Under the pieces are notes generated by a model. It worked only from the letters and a program-made list of their open reading frames with translations. It was not told the DNA's origin and searched no databases. From Polyangiaceae bacterium (GTDB taxonomy: Bacteria > Myxococcota_A > Polyangia > Polyangiales > Polyangiaceae): 64,000 nucleotides of DNA. Made by a program: the position numbers and the translations under genes. Positions 40,786 to 49,962 of the stretch are shown piece by piece. Position 1 is the stretch's first letter. Every line of letters starts with the position of its first letter. Where the stretch lies: contig CBDCTZ010000013.1 of the NCBI GenBank assembly GCA_965222375.1, forward strand, positions 192,001 through 256,000. The letters are read 5' to 3'.

Positions 40786-41188
40786 GGTCCTTCCTCCGTA
40801 GCGCGGAGCGATGCTGGATACCAGGGGGCGCGTTTTGGTTTGTTTTTTGGGGTCGTGACCCTGGGCCACGACGGGGTCGCTAATCTCGTGCGGGCGCGCG
40901 ACGGGTCGCGGGAAGGTCCCACCGGGCAAATTCGTAGAAACGCAGCACGAGCATGCTTCAAGCAAAATCCAGTTGGGTCCTCACGCTGTCGCTGCTGGGG
41001 CGCCGCTTGTAGCGGTAGCGGCGGGGGTGGAGGCGCTGCGTATGCAGGCCCTCTATGAATTGCAAAAGTAGTGCAACCCGAACCGCACTAACTGCGCTCG
41101 CCTCTGGCCTCGACGCAGTAGTTTCGTTGCTTCACGGCCATAACCCAAGGCCGCGCCCTGGCTCGGGCTTTGCACAGCGTTGGCTGCA

Positions 41189-42250
41189 ATGACCGATGCT
41201 GGCGAGAGCCCCCTCGGGATCTTCGGTCGCTATCTCAGTCTGTGGATTGCGCTCTGCATAGCTGCGGGAGTCGCCCTGGGCGCGTGGTTCCCTACCGTGT
41301 TCGAGCTGATCGCTCGCGCCGAGTTCGCCCACGTCAACCTGATCGTGGCGGTCTTCATCTGGGTGATGATCTATCCGATGATGGTCCAGGTCGATCTGGG
41401 CTGCGTAAAAGACGTCGGCAAACGCCCTGGCGGGCTGGCGCTCACCCTCGTGATCAACTGGCTGGTAAAGCCCTTCACCATGGCAGCACTAGCCACGCTG
41501 TTCTTCCGCTTCCTGTTCGCGGACTTCGTCACTCACGAAGACGCCAGTCAGTACATCGCAGGAATGATCTTGCTCGGCGTAGCCCCCTGCACCGCCATGG
41601 TGTTCGTGTGGAGCCAGCTGTCTCGGGGCGACGCGAACTACACCTTGGTGCAGGTCTCGGTCAACGACGTGATCATGGTGTTCGCCTTCGTGCCCATCGC
41701 AGGACTCTTGCTCGGCGTGACGGACGTAGCCGTGCCCTGGGCCACCCTCGTGCTGTCCGTAGTCCTGTTTGTCGTGGTCCCACTCGTCGCGGGCGCACTG
41801 ACACGAAGCGCGCTGCTCCGCCGCAGCAACAATGCCTTGGCTCGCTTCAATGATCGCCTCAAGCCCGCATCCATTCTCGGCCTGCTCGCGACGGTCGTAC
41901 TGATCTTCGGCCTGCAGGCGCCCACCATTGTCAGCAAACCAACCGTGATCGCACTCATCGCAGTGCCCTTGCTTATTCAATCCTACGGAATATTCGTCAT
42001 CGCCTACGGCCTGGCCTGGGTACTGCGTATCCGGCATGAGGTTGCGGCTCCCGCTGCGATGATCGGGACGTCGAACTTCTTCGAACTCGCGGTGGCGGTG
42101 GCTATTAGCCTGTTCGGTCTGAAATCCGGCGCTGCTCTCGCGACCGTGGTCGGCGTGCTCATCGAGGTACCCGTCATGCTCTCCCTCGTCGCCCTTGCCA
42201 ATCGCACGCGCGGAAGGTTCCATGCCCGCGCGGCTCCGGGGCTCTCATGA
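41189..42250 (+). CDS. acr3: ACR3-family arsenite efflux transporter
   Basis: [49 protein letters not shown]. Confidence 0.96.
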   Translation: MTDAGESPLGIFGRYLSLWIALCIAAGVALGAWFPTVFELIARAEFAHVNLIVAVFIWVMIYPMMVQVDLGCVKDVGKRPGGLALTLVINWLVKPFTMAALATLFFRFLFADFVTHEDASQYIAGMILLGVAPCTAMVFVWSQLSRGDANYTLVQVSVNDVIMVFAFVPIAGLLLGVTDVAVPWATLVLSVVLFVVVPLVAGALTRSALLRRSNNALARFNDRLKPASILGLLATVVLIFGLQAPTIVSKPTVIALIAVPLLIQSYGIFVIAYGLAWVLRIRHEVAAPAAMIGTSNFFELAVAVAISLFGLKSGAALATVVGVLIEVPVMLSLVALANRTRGRFHARAAPGLS

Positions 42251-43110
42251 GAAGCTACCAACCGACCCGCGCTGCCGTCGCCCGTGGGCTGCTGCTCAGT
42301 GTTGCCCTGCACGCGCCGGCCGCGGTCTGGGCGGGTATTCGTCTCTTCGAGCAGGCCGACAAGGCCAGCGTGACGGTGTACGAGATCAACCTGCTACCAG
42401 AGCCGCTGCGGCCCACGGATCCCGAGGCGCGCCCCATCATCACGCCGCCGGTCGTAGCGCGAGCCGAAGAAGTTCCGTTGCCGGAGGAGCCCGCGCCGAC
42501 ATCTGAGCCCGCTCCAGGCCCCGCAGCCACAGCGCCACCGCAGCCGGGAGCGCGCCGTCCCCTCGGAACACCTGCCGCAGCCAAGGCAGGGCGGGTGCTC
42601 ACGGCACCCGAGGCGACAGGCGGCGACAGCGACCCGTTGGACTTCACCGTCGTCCAGGGAACGGCGTCGCGTTACGCCGGCGGCGTCACAGCAGCGACGG
42701 GCACGTCGGACCAAGCCGTGCAGGATCCGAAGGCGCGCGGGGGCGCGGATCCCTTGCGCCGTCCCGACGGCCAGACAGCGGGCGTTGGCGACAAGGCGCC
42801 CACCCGAGCCGTTGCCCCAAAACCCGTCTCCAAGCGGCGCAAGGCCCGACCCGTGAGCGTTTCTTGGGATTGCCCATTCCCTTCCGAAGCGGATGCCCAA
42901 GATGTTCACTTCGCCCGCGTCATGATCGTCGTCAGCGTTCGCAAAAACGGCACCGCCGCCACAGCTGCGGTCCTGTCGGATCCCGGCTACGGCTTCGGTG
43001 CTGCTGCTCGGCGCTGCGCCCTCGGCCAGCGCTACTCAGTGGCGTGGGACGACACGGGACGTCCCACGGCGGGCCGAACTCCACCCTTTACCGTCACCTT
43101 CACCCGCTGA
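42247..43110 (+). CDS. TonB-like energy transducer
   Basis: TM with SVALH, Pro-rich linker, C-terminal CPFP...[19 protein letters not shown] overlap with acr3. Confidence 0.8.
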   Translation: MRSYQPTRAAVARGLLLSVALHAPAAVWAGIRLFEQADKASVTVYEINLLPEPLRPTDPEARPIITPPVVARAEEVPLPEEPAPTSEPAPGPAATAPPQPGARRPLGTPAAAKAGRVLTAPEATGGDSDPLDFTVVQGTASRYAGGVTAATGTSDQAVQDPKARGGADPLRRPDGQTAGVGDKAPTRAVAPKPVSKRRKARPVSVSWDCPFPSEADAQDVHFARVMIVVSVRKNGTAATAAVLSDPGYGFGAAARRCALGQRYSVAWDDTGRPTAGRTPPFTVTFTR

Positions 43111-43121
43111 GGCCAAGACCG

Positions 43122-43760
43122 ATGTTCGAGCGAGGATTGGCTGAGTTCGCGTTCTACGGCAATCGCGTCGTGCTCGCGATTCTGGTGGTGGTGAGCATCG
43201 TCAATGTCGGGCTCTTCATCGAGCGTCGGGGCTTCTTCCGGCGCAGCTTGCTTCGCAATCCCCGGGCGCTGGCTCAGAAGATCATGGCGGTCAACTCGCT
43301 CGCCGAACTGCGGCAAGTCTTGGAAACAGCACCCAGTATCGAAACCAAGCTCGTGCTCGACGGACTGGACGGAGCTGGGACGGCTGAAGAATTCGAGAAG
43401 CGAGTCGAGGGCCACGCAGCCCTTGCGCGAGTGGAGTGGGAGCGCTTCACGGGCGTGTTTGCGTGGACGAGTAGCAACGGGCCCCTGGCAGGCCTGCTCG
43501 GAACGGTGCTCGGCCTGATGAAAGCATTCTCGGATCTGGCGGTGGCCGCAATACCGGAGCCGCGCGTCGCTTTGGCGGGCATCTCAGACGCCCTTTTGAC
43601 GACGGTCCTCGGTATCATCGTGGCCATCCCTGCGACGGCGTTCTTCAACTACTGCCGATTGCGCAGCCGCGGCGCCGCCGCTGGCGTGACGTCCCTCACG
43701 GCGCTGATCCTGTCTCGCAGCGTGCTTCCTGTAGAGGACGACAGCCCCAGCCAAGCCTAG
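43122..43760 (+). CDS. MotA/TolQ/ExbB proton channel family protein
   Basis: GPLAGLLGTVLGLMKAF, GISDALLTTVLGIIVAIPA. Confidence 0.9.
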   Translation: MFERGLAEFAFYGNRVVLAILVVVSIVNVGLFIERRGFFRRSLLRNPRALAQKIMAVNSLAELRQVLETAPSIETKLVLDGLDGAGTAEEFEKRVEGHAALARVEWERFTGVFAWTSSNGPLAGLLGTVLGLMKAFSDLAVAAIPEPRVALAGISDALLTTVLGIIVAIPATAFFNYCRLRSRGAAAGVTSLTALILSRSVLPVEDDSPSQA

Positions 43761-43889
43761 AGCTCCGATTGTCGGGCATTGTTGCGGACTCGGGTCGCTG
43801 CGCCACTGCGGCCCAGCCCTGCAATCTCGCAGGCTAGACATGCTGCACCGTGGGCTATGCTGCGAAGCCAGCAAGGGAGAAGCGACAGC

Positions 43890-44687
43890 ATGCTCAAGCT
43901 CTACGACAATGCGTTCAGTCCGTTCGCCCGCAAGGTGCAGCTGGTGCTGCGTCACAAAGGGCTCGACTTCGACACCTTCGATGGCCTGTCTCGGGCGAAC
44001 CGAGGCGCTCTCGCTTCCGTCAACGGCCGCATCGAGGTTCCAACTTTGGATCACGACGGGCTCCTGATCTCCAATTCTGCCGAGATCGTCGCCTATCTCG
44101 AGCGGGCATTTCCAGAGCGGCCCGTGTATCCCAGCGACCACGCAACCTGGGTGAAGGCACGGATGTGGGAGCGCTGCAGCGACACGGTCGTCGACTCGAT
44201 CCTGGTCGACATCAGCTACTGGACCTGGGCGGATCGCGAGGATGAGATGCCGACGGGGCTGCTCGAGGCTGCGCGCCAGGACATGGACCAGGTCTACGAC
44301 GCCCTCGAAGGCGCGCTGGAGGGTGGCGACTGGATCTGTGGGTCTCTCTCCGTCGCCGACATGGCGCTGTTCCCGCACCTCAGCGCAACGCGAGTTCTGG
44401 ACGTCCCCATCGACGGCACGCGCCACTCGCGGCTATTGGCCTGGTACAAACGATGCCGCAGCACCGCGCTGTTCGCCGAAGACCTGGGGCGCCTCAAGAC
44501 GTATTTATCGGATCCAGCCGGCATCGACGTGGAGCGCAAACGCATATTCTGGCGGGGAGACCGCATCGAATGGATGCTGGCCCGAGGCTTTCACCCCTGG
44601 TTTCTCAATGAGATCGAGGCGGGCCGCGTAATCTGGCCTGGCCTGGGCATTCCGAAGCCGAGTCCCAAATTCCCCGAGGGTGCTTGA
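43890..44687 (+). CDS. Glutathione S-transferase family protein with C-terminal extension
   Basis: LYDNAFSPFARKV, EVPTL, NSAEIVAYLE, LSVADMA. Confidence 0.9.
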   Translation: MLKLYDNAFSPFARKVQLVLRHKGLDFDTFDGLSRANRGALASVNGRIEVPTLDHDGLLISNSAEIVAYLERAFPERPVYPSDHATWVKARMWERCSDTVVDSILVDISYWTWADREDEMPTGLLEAARQDMDQVYDALEGALEGGDWICGSLSVADMALFPHLSATRVLDVPIDGTRHSRLLAWYKRCRSTALFAEDLGRLKTYLSDPAGIDVERKRIFWRGDRIEWMLARGFHPWFLNEIEAGRVIWPGLGIPKPSPKFPEGA

Positions 44688-44718
44688 CTCCTGACGCCAC
44701 GCTGCGAAAACCCAAGCG

Positions 44719-47700
44719 ATGGCGAAGCAGTCACCTCGGGACAAAACCGAGCGCGGGATTTGTGGGATCTGTCCAGCGGGCTGCTGGGTCAAAGTCGGAT
44801 TGGAAGACGGCAAGCTCACCAGCATCGAGGCCGACGACACGCCGCCCCTCGGAATGATCTGCCGCCGCGGGCAGCACGCCGCCGAGATCATCTACTCGGA
44901 AAACCGCCTGCGCTACCCGATGAAGCGCAAGGGTCCCAAAGGCAGCCACGACTTCGAACGCATTAGCTGGGACGAAGCCTACGAGCTTATCGTCGAAAAC
45001 CTCCAGAGCATCAAGAAAGAGTCGGGCCCCGAGGCGCTCGCGGTCTACACCGGCCGCGGCGCGTTCGAGTTGTCTCTCTGCGACATCTTCCAACCCAAGA
45101 ACGTGGCGGTTTCCTCCGCGTCGAGCGTGCTGTTTCCTTTTGGTTCTCCCAACACCATGGGTGTCGGAGCGCTCTGCTACGTGTCCTTTGCGATGATCGC
45201 CCCCCACGTCACCCTGGGGCGGATGTTGGTGAACATGTTCGTCGACATCGAAAATGCCGAACTGCTCGTGGTGTGGGGAGCGAATCCGGCAACCGACTCG
45301 CCGCCCCTCGACATGCATCGCCTGGAGAGTGCGGCCGCTCGGGGAGCCGACGTGGTCGTGATTGACCCTCGTCGCACGGAAACCGTCGAACGCACCGGCG
45401 CCGAGTGGGTTCCAATCCGGCCTGGCACGGACGGCGCGCTGGCCCTGGGCCTGGTCGAGGTGATGTTCGAAGAGGACCTATTCGACGAGGAGTTCGCCAC
45501 GAAATGGTGCCATGGCCTGCCGGAACTCCGGCGCTACGTGCAGCACTTCCGCCCCGAAGTCGTCGAGTCGATCACCGGCGTACCCGCTGAAACCGTGCGG
45601 GACTTGGCGCGGCGCTTGTGCCGCGCCACCGGCGCCAGCCCCATCATGTACACGGGCCTGGAGTACTCCAACAGCGGCATCCAGGCGATTCGCGCAGTGC
45701 TATCGGCCTTCGCTTTGGCCGGTCAGCTCGACGTGCCCGGCGGCATCGGCCTCGCGATGCTGGACACCCAGTTTCCCATCAACCGATCGGGCCATGTGGA
45801 AAACCCAGATCTGAAGCGCGCCGTAGCCCGAGACAAGTTCCCGATCTACAGCGAGTACCGAGGCGAGTCCCACGCAAGCGGCCTGGTCACTTCTGTTCTC
45901 GAAGGCAAGCCCTACCCCATCCGTGGGCTCATCATCCACGGTGCGTCGCTGCTCACGTCCTGGCCGGAGACTCCCGTGTGGAGGAAGACTCTGAGCGGGC
46001 TCGACTTCGTCGTATCCATCGACCGACAGCTCACCGCCGACGCGGCCTATGCAGACGTGGTCTTGCCCGCCACCACCATGTTCGAAATCGAGTCCTACAT
46101 GGTCTACGGCCCTATTTTTCGCATCCGCGAGAAGCTGATCGAACCCGTAGGAGAGGCCAGGAACGACTACCTGATCATGGCCGAGTTGGCGCAGCGCCTC
46201 GGCTACGGCGACCGCTACCCGCAGACCGAAGAGGCGCTGCTCCGCCACGTTCTCGAGGGCTCGGGCTACACCCTGGAGCAAGTGCGACAGGCGGGAGGCA
46301 CGATCAAGCTGCCAGCCCCCATGCTCGAATACAAGAAGTGGGAGAAGGGGAAATTGCGAAGCGACGGCGAGCCCGGCTTCGAGACGCCCACAGGAAAGTT
46401 CGAGCTGCTTTCGACGGTGCTCGAAGACAACGACTACGAGCCGCTGCCGAAATACACCGAGCCAACCGAAGGTCCCCTCGCAAGCCCAGACGTCGCGGCG
46501 GACTTTCCCCTGGTCTTCAATTCGGGCGCGCGACCCCACACAGACTTTCGCTCACAGCACCATGGCATCCCCGGCCTCTTGAAAGACAACCCCGAGCCCG
46601 TGGTCGAGCTGAACGCGGCGGACGCAGCAGCGCGGGATATCAAGTCCGGGGACCTCGTCGAGGTCCGCACTCCTCGCGGCGGCGTGCCGTTTCGCGCTGT
46701 CGTGAGCACGGAAATAGTCCAGGGCGCCATCGAATGCAACATGGGCGGAGGCACACCCGTCGGGCCGCGCGCGTGGCAGGAATGGAACGTCAACGAGCTG
46801 ACGGATCTCGACAACTACGAGGATGTATCCGGGTTCCCGGTCTACAAGGCGTTGCTGTGCGAAGTCGTCAAGCTCGAGGGCTCAACCGCCAAGACACGTC
46901 AGCAAGCCGCAAACAAGGACCGCTGCGGACCGGTGCAGATCCGTGGCACGCAGAAAAGGAAGGGGCCTGACAGGCGCATCTACCTCGACAACAACGCAAC
47001 CACCGAGGTTGCCCAGCCGGTGCGGGATGCCATGCAGCCTTACCTGTCGGCCGTGCTCGGCAACCCATCCAGCATCCATGGTGCGGGCCGTGACGCGAAA
47101 GTAGCTGTCGACACCGCCCGGCGGAAGGTGGCCAACCTGATCGGTTCGCGCCCGCGCCGCATCATCTTCACAGGAGGGGGCTCGGAAGCCGACAACATGG
47201 CGCTCAAGGGCATCGCCTTCGCACACCGCAAGCGTGGCAACCACATCATCACGACCAACGTCGAGCACCCTGCTGTGCTCGGAGCTTGCCAGTTCCTCGA
47301 GGACAGTGGCTTCGACGTTACTTACCTGGCCGTCGACGAGCACGGGTTGATCGAGCCCGCTGCCCTCGAACGAGCCATCTGTGACAAGACGATCTTGGTC
47401 TCGATGATGATGGCGAACAACGAGGTTGGAACCATCTTACCGATCAAGGAGCTATGCGCCGTAGCGCGCAAGCGGGACGTGATCTTTCACACCGACGCGG
47501 TGCAAGCCCTGGGCAAGGTCGAAGTCGACGTCAAGGACTTGGGCGTGGACTTGCTGGCCATGTCTGCGCACAAGCTGCATGGCCCCAAGGGCGTGGGTGC
47601 GCTCTATGTTCGGGAGGGCCTAGAGCTCACCCCGTTGGTCCATGGTGGCAAGCAAGAGCGTGGGCTTCGGGCGGGAACCGAAAACGTGCCTGCCATCGTG

Positions 47701-48129
47701 GGCATGGGCCAGGCCGCCGAGCTGGCCGAGGACTCCGTGCGACAGGCAAAGCAACTGAGCGAGCTCCGCGACCACCTCGAGGATGGGATCCGCGCGCTGG
47801 TGCCCAAGGCACTGCTCAACGGCGACCGCGACAAACGGTTATCCAACACACTCAATCTCACTTTGCCCGAGCTTCGAGGCGAATCCCTGGTGACGGCCCT
47901 CGACCGCCATGGGATCTCTCTATCGTCAGGCTCGGCGTGCAAGTCCGGCTCGCCCGAGCCGACCCATGTGCTGCTGGCACTTGGACGCAGCGTCGACGAA
48001 GCACATTGTGCTGTGCGCTTCTCCTTGTCGCATGCAACCACACGTCAGGACATCGACGCGACCGTGACCGCCCTGGGCCGCGTGCTGGAAGAAATGGAGT
48101 CCACGGTTCGGTTCCTGCCCTGCAAGTGA
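44719..48129 (+). CDS. Molybdopterin oxidoreductase-cysteine desulfurase (IscS/NifS) fusion, 1136 aa
   Basis: aa 1 to about 718: CGICPAGC...GMIC, ALCY, WGANP, DPRRT, FRSQH; aa about 753-1136: YLDNNATT, GNPSS, HTDAVQ, SAHKLHGPKG, RAGTEN, SSGSAC. Confidence 0.93.
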   Translation: MAKQSPRDKTERGICGICPAGCWVKVGLEDGKLTSIEADDTPPLGMICRRGQHAAEIIYSENRLRYPMKRKGPKGSHDFERISWDEAYELIVENLQSIKKESGPEALAVYTGRGAFELSLCDIFQPKNVAVSSASSVLFPFGSPNTMGVGALCYVSFAMIAPHVTLGRMLVNMFVDIENAELLVVWGANPATDSPPLDMHRLESAAARGADVVVIDPRRTETVERTGAEWVPIRPGTDGALALGLVEVMFEEDLFDEEFATKWCHGLPELRRYVQHFRPEVVESITGVPAETVRDLARRLCRATGASPIMYTGLEYSNSGIQAIRAVLSAFALAGQLDVPGGIGLAMLDTQFPINRSGHVENPDLKRAVARDKFPIYSEYRGESHASGLVTSVLEGKPYPIRGLIIHGASLLTSWPETPVWRKTLSGLDFVVSIDRQLTADAAYADVVLPATTMFEIESYMVYGPIFRIREKLIEPVGEARNDYLIMAELAQRLGYGDRYPQTEEALLRHVLEGSGYTLEQVRQAGGTIKLPAPMLEYKKWEKGKLRSDGEPGFETPTGKFELLSTVLEDNDYEPLPKYTEPTEGPLASPDVAADFPLVFNSGARPHTDFRSQHHGIPGLLKDNPEPVVELNAADAAARDIKSGDLVEVRTPRGGVPFRAVVSTEIVQGAIECNMGGGTPVGPRAWQEWNVNELTDLDNYEDVSGFPVYKALLCEVVKLEGSTAKTRQQAANKDRCGPVQIRGTQKRKGPDRRIYLDNNATTEVAQPVRDAMQPYLSAVLGNPSSIHGAGRDAKVAVDTARRKVANLIGSRPRRIIFTGGGSEADNMALKGIAFAHRKRGNHIITTNVEHPAVLGACQFLEDSGFDVTYLAVDEHGLIEPAALERAICDKTILVSMMMANNEVGTILPIKELCAVARKRDVIFHTDAVQALGKVEVDVKDLGVDLLAMSAHKLHGPKGVGALYVREGLELTPLVHGGKQERGLRAGTENVPAIVGMGQAAELAEDSVRQAKQLSELRDHLEDGIRALVPKALLNGDRDKRLSNTLNLTLPELRGESLVTALDRHGISLSSGSACKSGSPEPTHVLLALGRSVDEAHCAVRFSLSHATTRQDIDATVTALGRVLEEMESTVRFLPCK

Positions 48130-48210
48130 CGGGCGGCCCGATCAACACGGCGAGATCGCCCCGCGCACGGCCCGGTGCTCGCTGGTCGGCTGCGTACTGC
48201 GGCGCTGAGC

Positions 48211-48471
48211 CTAGGACGACTTTGCGGCAGCGGCCTCCCGTGCCTTCTGGGCGCGGTTCGTGATGATGAAGTAGCCCAAGATCCCGCCGCCGCCGCCGAT
48301 GCTGGCCGTGGGCAAGCCGATGCCGAGCACTTCGCGAACAAAAACCACGGGAATCGCGACCACGATCTGCGCAATAAAAAACACCACGAACACCTGCCAC
48401 ACAGGCAGGGGGTGCCAAAACTTCCACGCAGGTACGCCTTCGCTCTGCGGCTTCGTAGTCCCCTCACTCAT
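48211..48471 (-). CDS. Small membrane protein
   Basis: 86 aa with two hydrophobic segments; fills the gap. Confidence 0.65.
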   Translation of the reverse strand: MSEGTTKPQSEGVPAWKFWHPLPVWQVFVVFFIAQIVVAIPVVFVREVLGIGLPTASIGGGGGILGYFIITNRAQKAREAAAAKSS

Positions 48472-48627
48472 TGCGCCAGGCTACCACAAGGCGGACAGCT
48501 CGCGTACGCAGCCGCTCGGGCCACGCGCGGGAGCTCCAGCTGATGCGCCCACGCGGTGCAACGCAGCTCTGTTGCCCCCCATCCCTACCCAGCAAACGAG
48601 GTCATTTGGGGCGGCTGCGTCAGCGCA

Positions 48628-48996
48628 TCAAGCCTTGACGAGGTTCGGCTTGTAGAAGAATTGCTCCTTGGCGATCTGGCCGCCGCTCCAGGTGCGGGCC
48701 GCTACTTGGGTGTTCCTCATGCGGGTCCCGTCTTTGAAACTGCAGTCGAAGACCCACTCCGAGTAGCTGCGCTCACCGTCCACACTGGCGTTCAGTAACT
48801 CCGCTCCGTGGAACTCGGCGATGTTACCCATGAAGTCTTCCTCGTACTTGCGGCAGGCGTCCTTGCCGACCCGCGGGTCGTCCGTGTTCTCCTGCATGAT
48901 GCAGTCGTCGGCATAGAACTTCTCGAAAGCCTCCATGCCCTGGCCCTTGAGGATCATCGCGTTGAGTTCGGAATCTAGTGCTCGGATATCGGCCAT
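48628..48996 (-). CDS. SnoaL/NTF2-like protein
   Basis: AGGAG RBS; EAFEKFYADDCIMQEN, RTWSGGQIAKEQFFY. Confidence 0.85.
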   Translation of the reverse strand: MADIRALDSELNAMILKGQGMEAFEKFYADDCIMQENTDDPRVGKDACRKYEEDFMGNIAEFHGAELLNASVDGERSYSEWVFDCSFKDGTRMRNTQVAARTWSGGQIAKEQFFYKPNLVKA

Positions 48997-49048
48997 GTTT
49001 GGCTCCTTTTCTCTGAGCAGAGCCTGAGCACCCGGGACGACGGGATCA

Positions 49049-49855
49049 ATGGGCTGCTTTGGTTTAGACTGTTGCACCGACGGAACAGTGCCAGGACGTA
49101 GGACAACCCCAGGCCGGGCACGGAGTTTTCGCGCTCGTGCGGTGATAGCGCTGCTAGCCGTCGCGCAGCTCTGGACAGCACGCGCGGCTGCAGCAGACCC
49201 TGACGATGAGGAGTTGAGTGCCGAAGACATCGCTGCGGATCAGGCGCTGTCCTACGACGTTTGGTACATCCGCGCTGACGTCGGCTTGGCCTATGTGCGT
49301 GCTGAGACGAGCTACCATCCGCAGTCCGACGACAGCAACAAGAAGAGCTTGATCGCAGACGGCATGGGTCTGAGCCTACGCTTAGGAGTGGGCGTGCGGC
49401 CGGCTACGGACGTCACGCTCGGAATTCTCGGCGCCATCACCCACGTGCCCATCACGCGATTGGACGGTCAATTCAGCGGCGAGGGCGAGGGGCTCTACTA
49501 CGCTATGGCCTACGTCGACCACCGGCTGCCCGCGAAGATCCTCCGCATTGGCGGAGGCGCAGGGATCGGCCAGATCTACACCTTTGGGCCTGACGAAGAG
49601 AACTTCAGCGGGATCGGGCCCGTGGGCGGGCTGTGGCTAGCCATCGATGCGCCGAGCTCGCGACGGGTCGCTTTGGGCATCGCTCTGGAAGTGACGGGCG
49701 CCGCGCTTCGGGACACGCACAGCGTGTTTGGACAAGACCACGACTTCAACACCTTCATGTTGGTCGCGGGCCTTCACTTCACGATGCGCATCAGCGAGCC
49801 ATCCCTGCCCAAGTCGATGCCCAGCTTTGCCGGAGCCCACAACACCGCCCTCTAG
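49049..49855 (+). CDS. Probable outer-membrane beta-barrel protein
   Basis: Signal-like VIALLAVAQLWTARAAAA, then Gly/aromatic amphipathic strands; start uncertain. Confidence 0.6.
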   Translation: MGCFGLDCCTDGTVPGRRTTPGRARSFRARAVIALLAVAQLWTARAAAADPDDEELSAEDIAADQALSYDVWYIRADVGLAYVRAETSYHPQSDDSNKKSLIADGMGLSLRLGVGVRPATDVTLGILGAITHVPITRLDGQFSGEGEGLYYAMAYVDHRLPAKILRIGGGAGIGQIYTFGPDEENFSGIGPVGGLWLAIDAPSSRRVALGIALEVTGAALRDTHSVFGQDHDFNTFMLVAGLHFTMRISEPSLPKSMPSFAGAHNTAL

Positions 49856-49887
49856 TTCCCATGAACTAGTCCAACACAATCGATCGC

Positions 49888-49962
49888 GTTTCGGGGTTGG
49901 GGCCCCGAAACCCGAGGGTGGGGCGTTAGAGCCATTCGATTCGCAGAATCGAATGCTCTAAC
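49888..49962. terminator. Two hairpins between convergent genes
   Basis: GTTTCGGGG/CCCCGAAAC (49888-49911) and GTTAGAG-C-CATTCGATTC/GAATCGAATG-CTCTAAC (49925-49962). Confidence 0.6.

Noticed and set aside
40925..40960. GTTTCTAC on the minus strand resembling a purine riboswitch core
   Set aside because: Flanking P2/P3 stems and loop consensus are absent
48118..48129. C-terminal PCK-TGA of the fusion read as a CxU selenocysteine motif
   Set aside because: Read-through would run into a low-quality frame antisense to the next gene, and no convincing SECIS follows; treated as a normal stop
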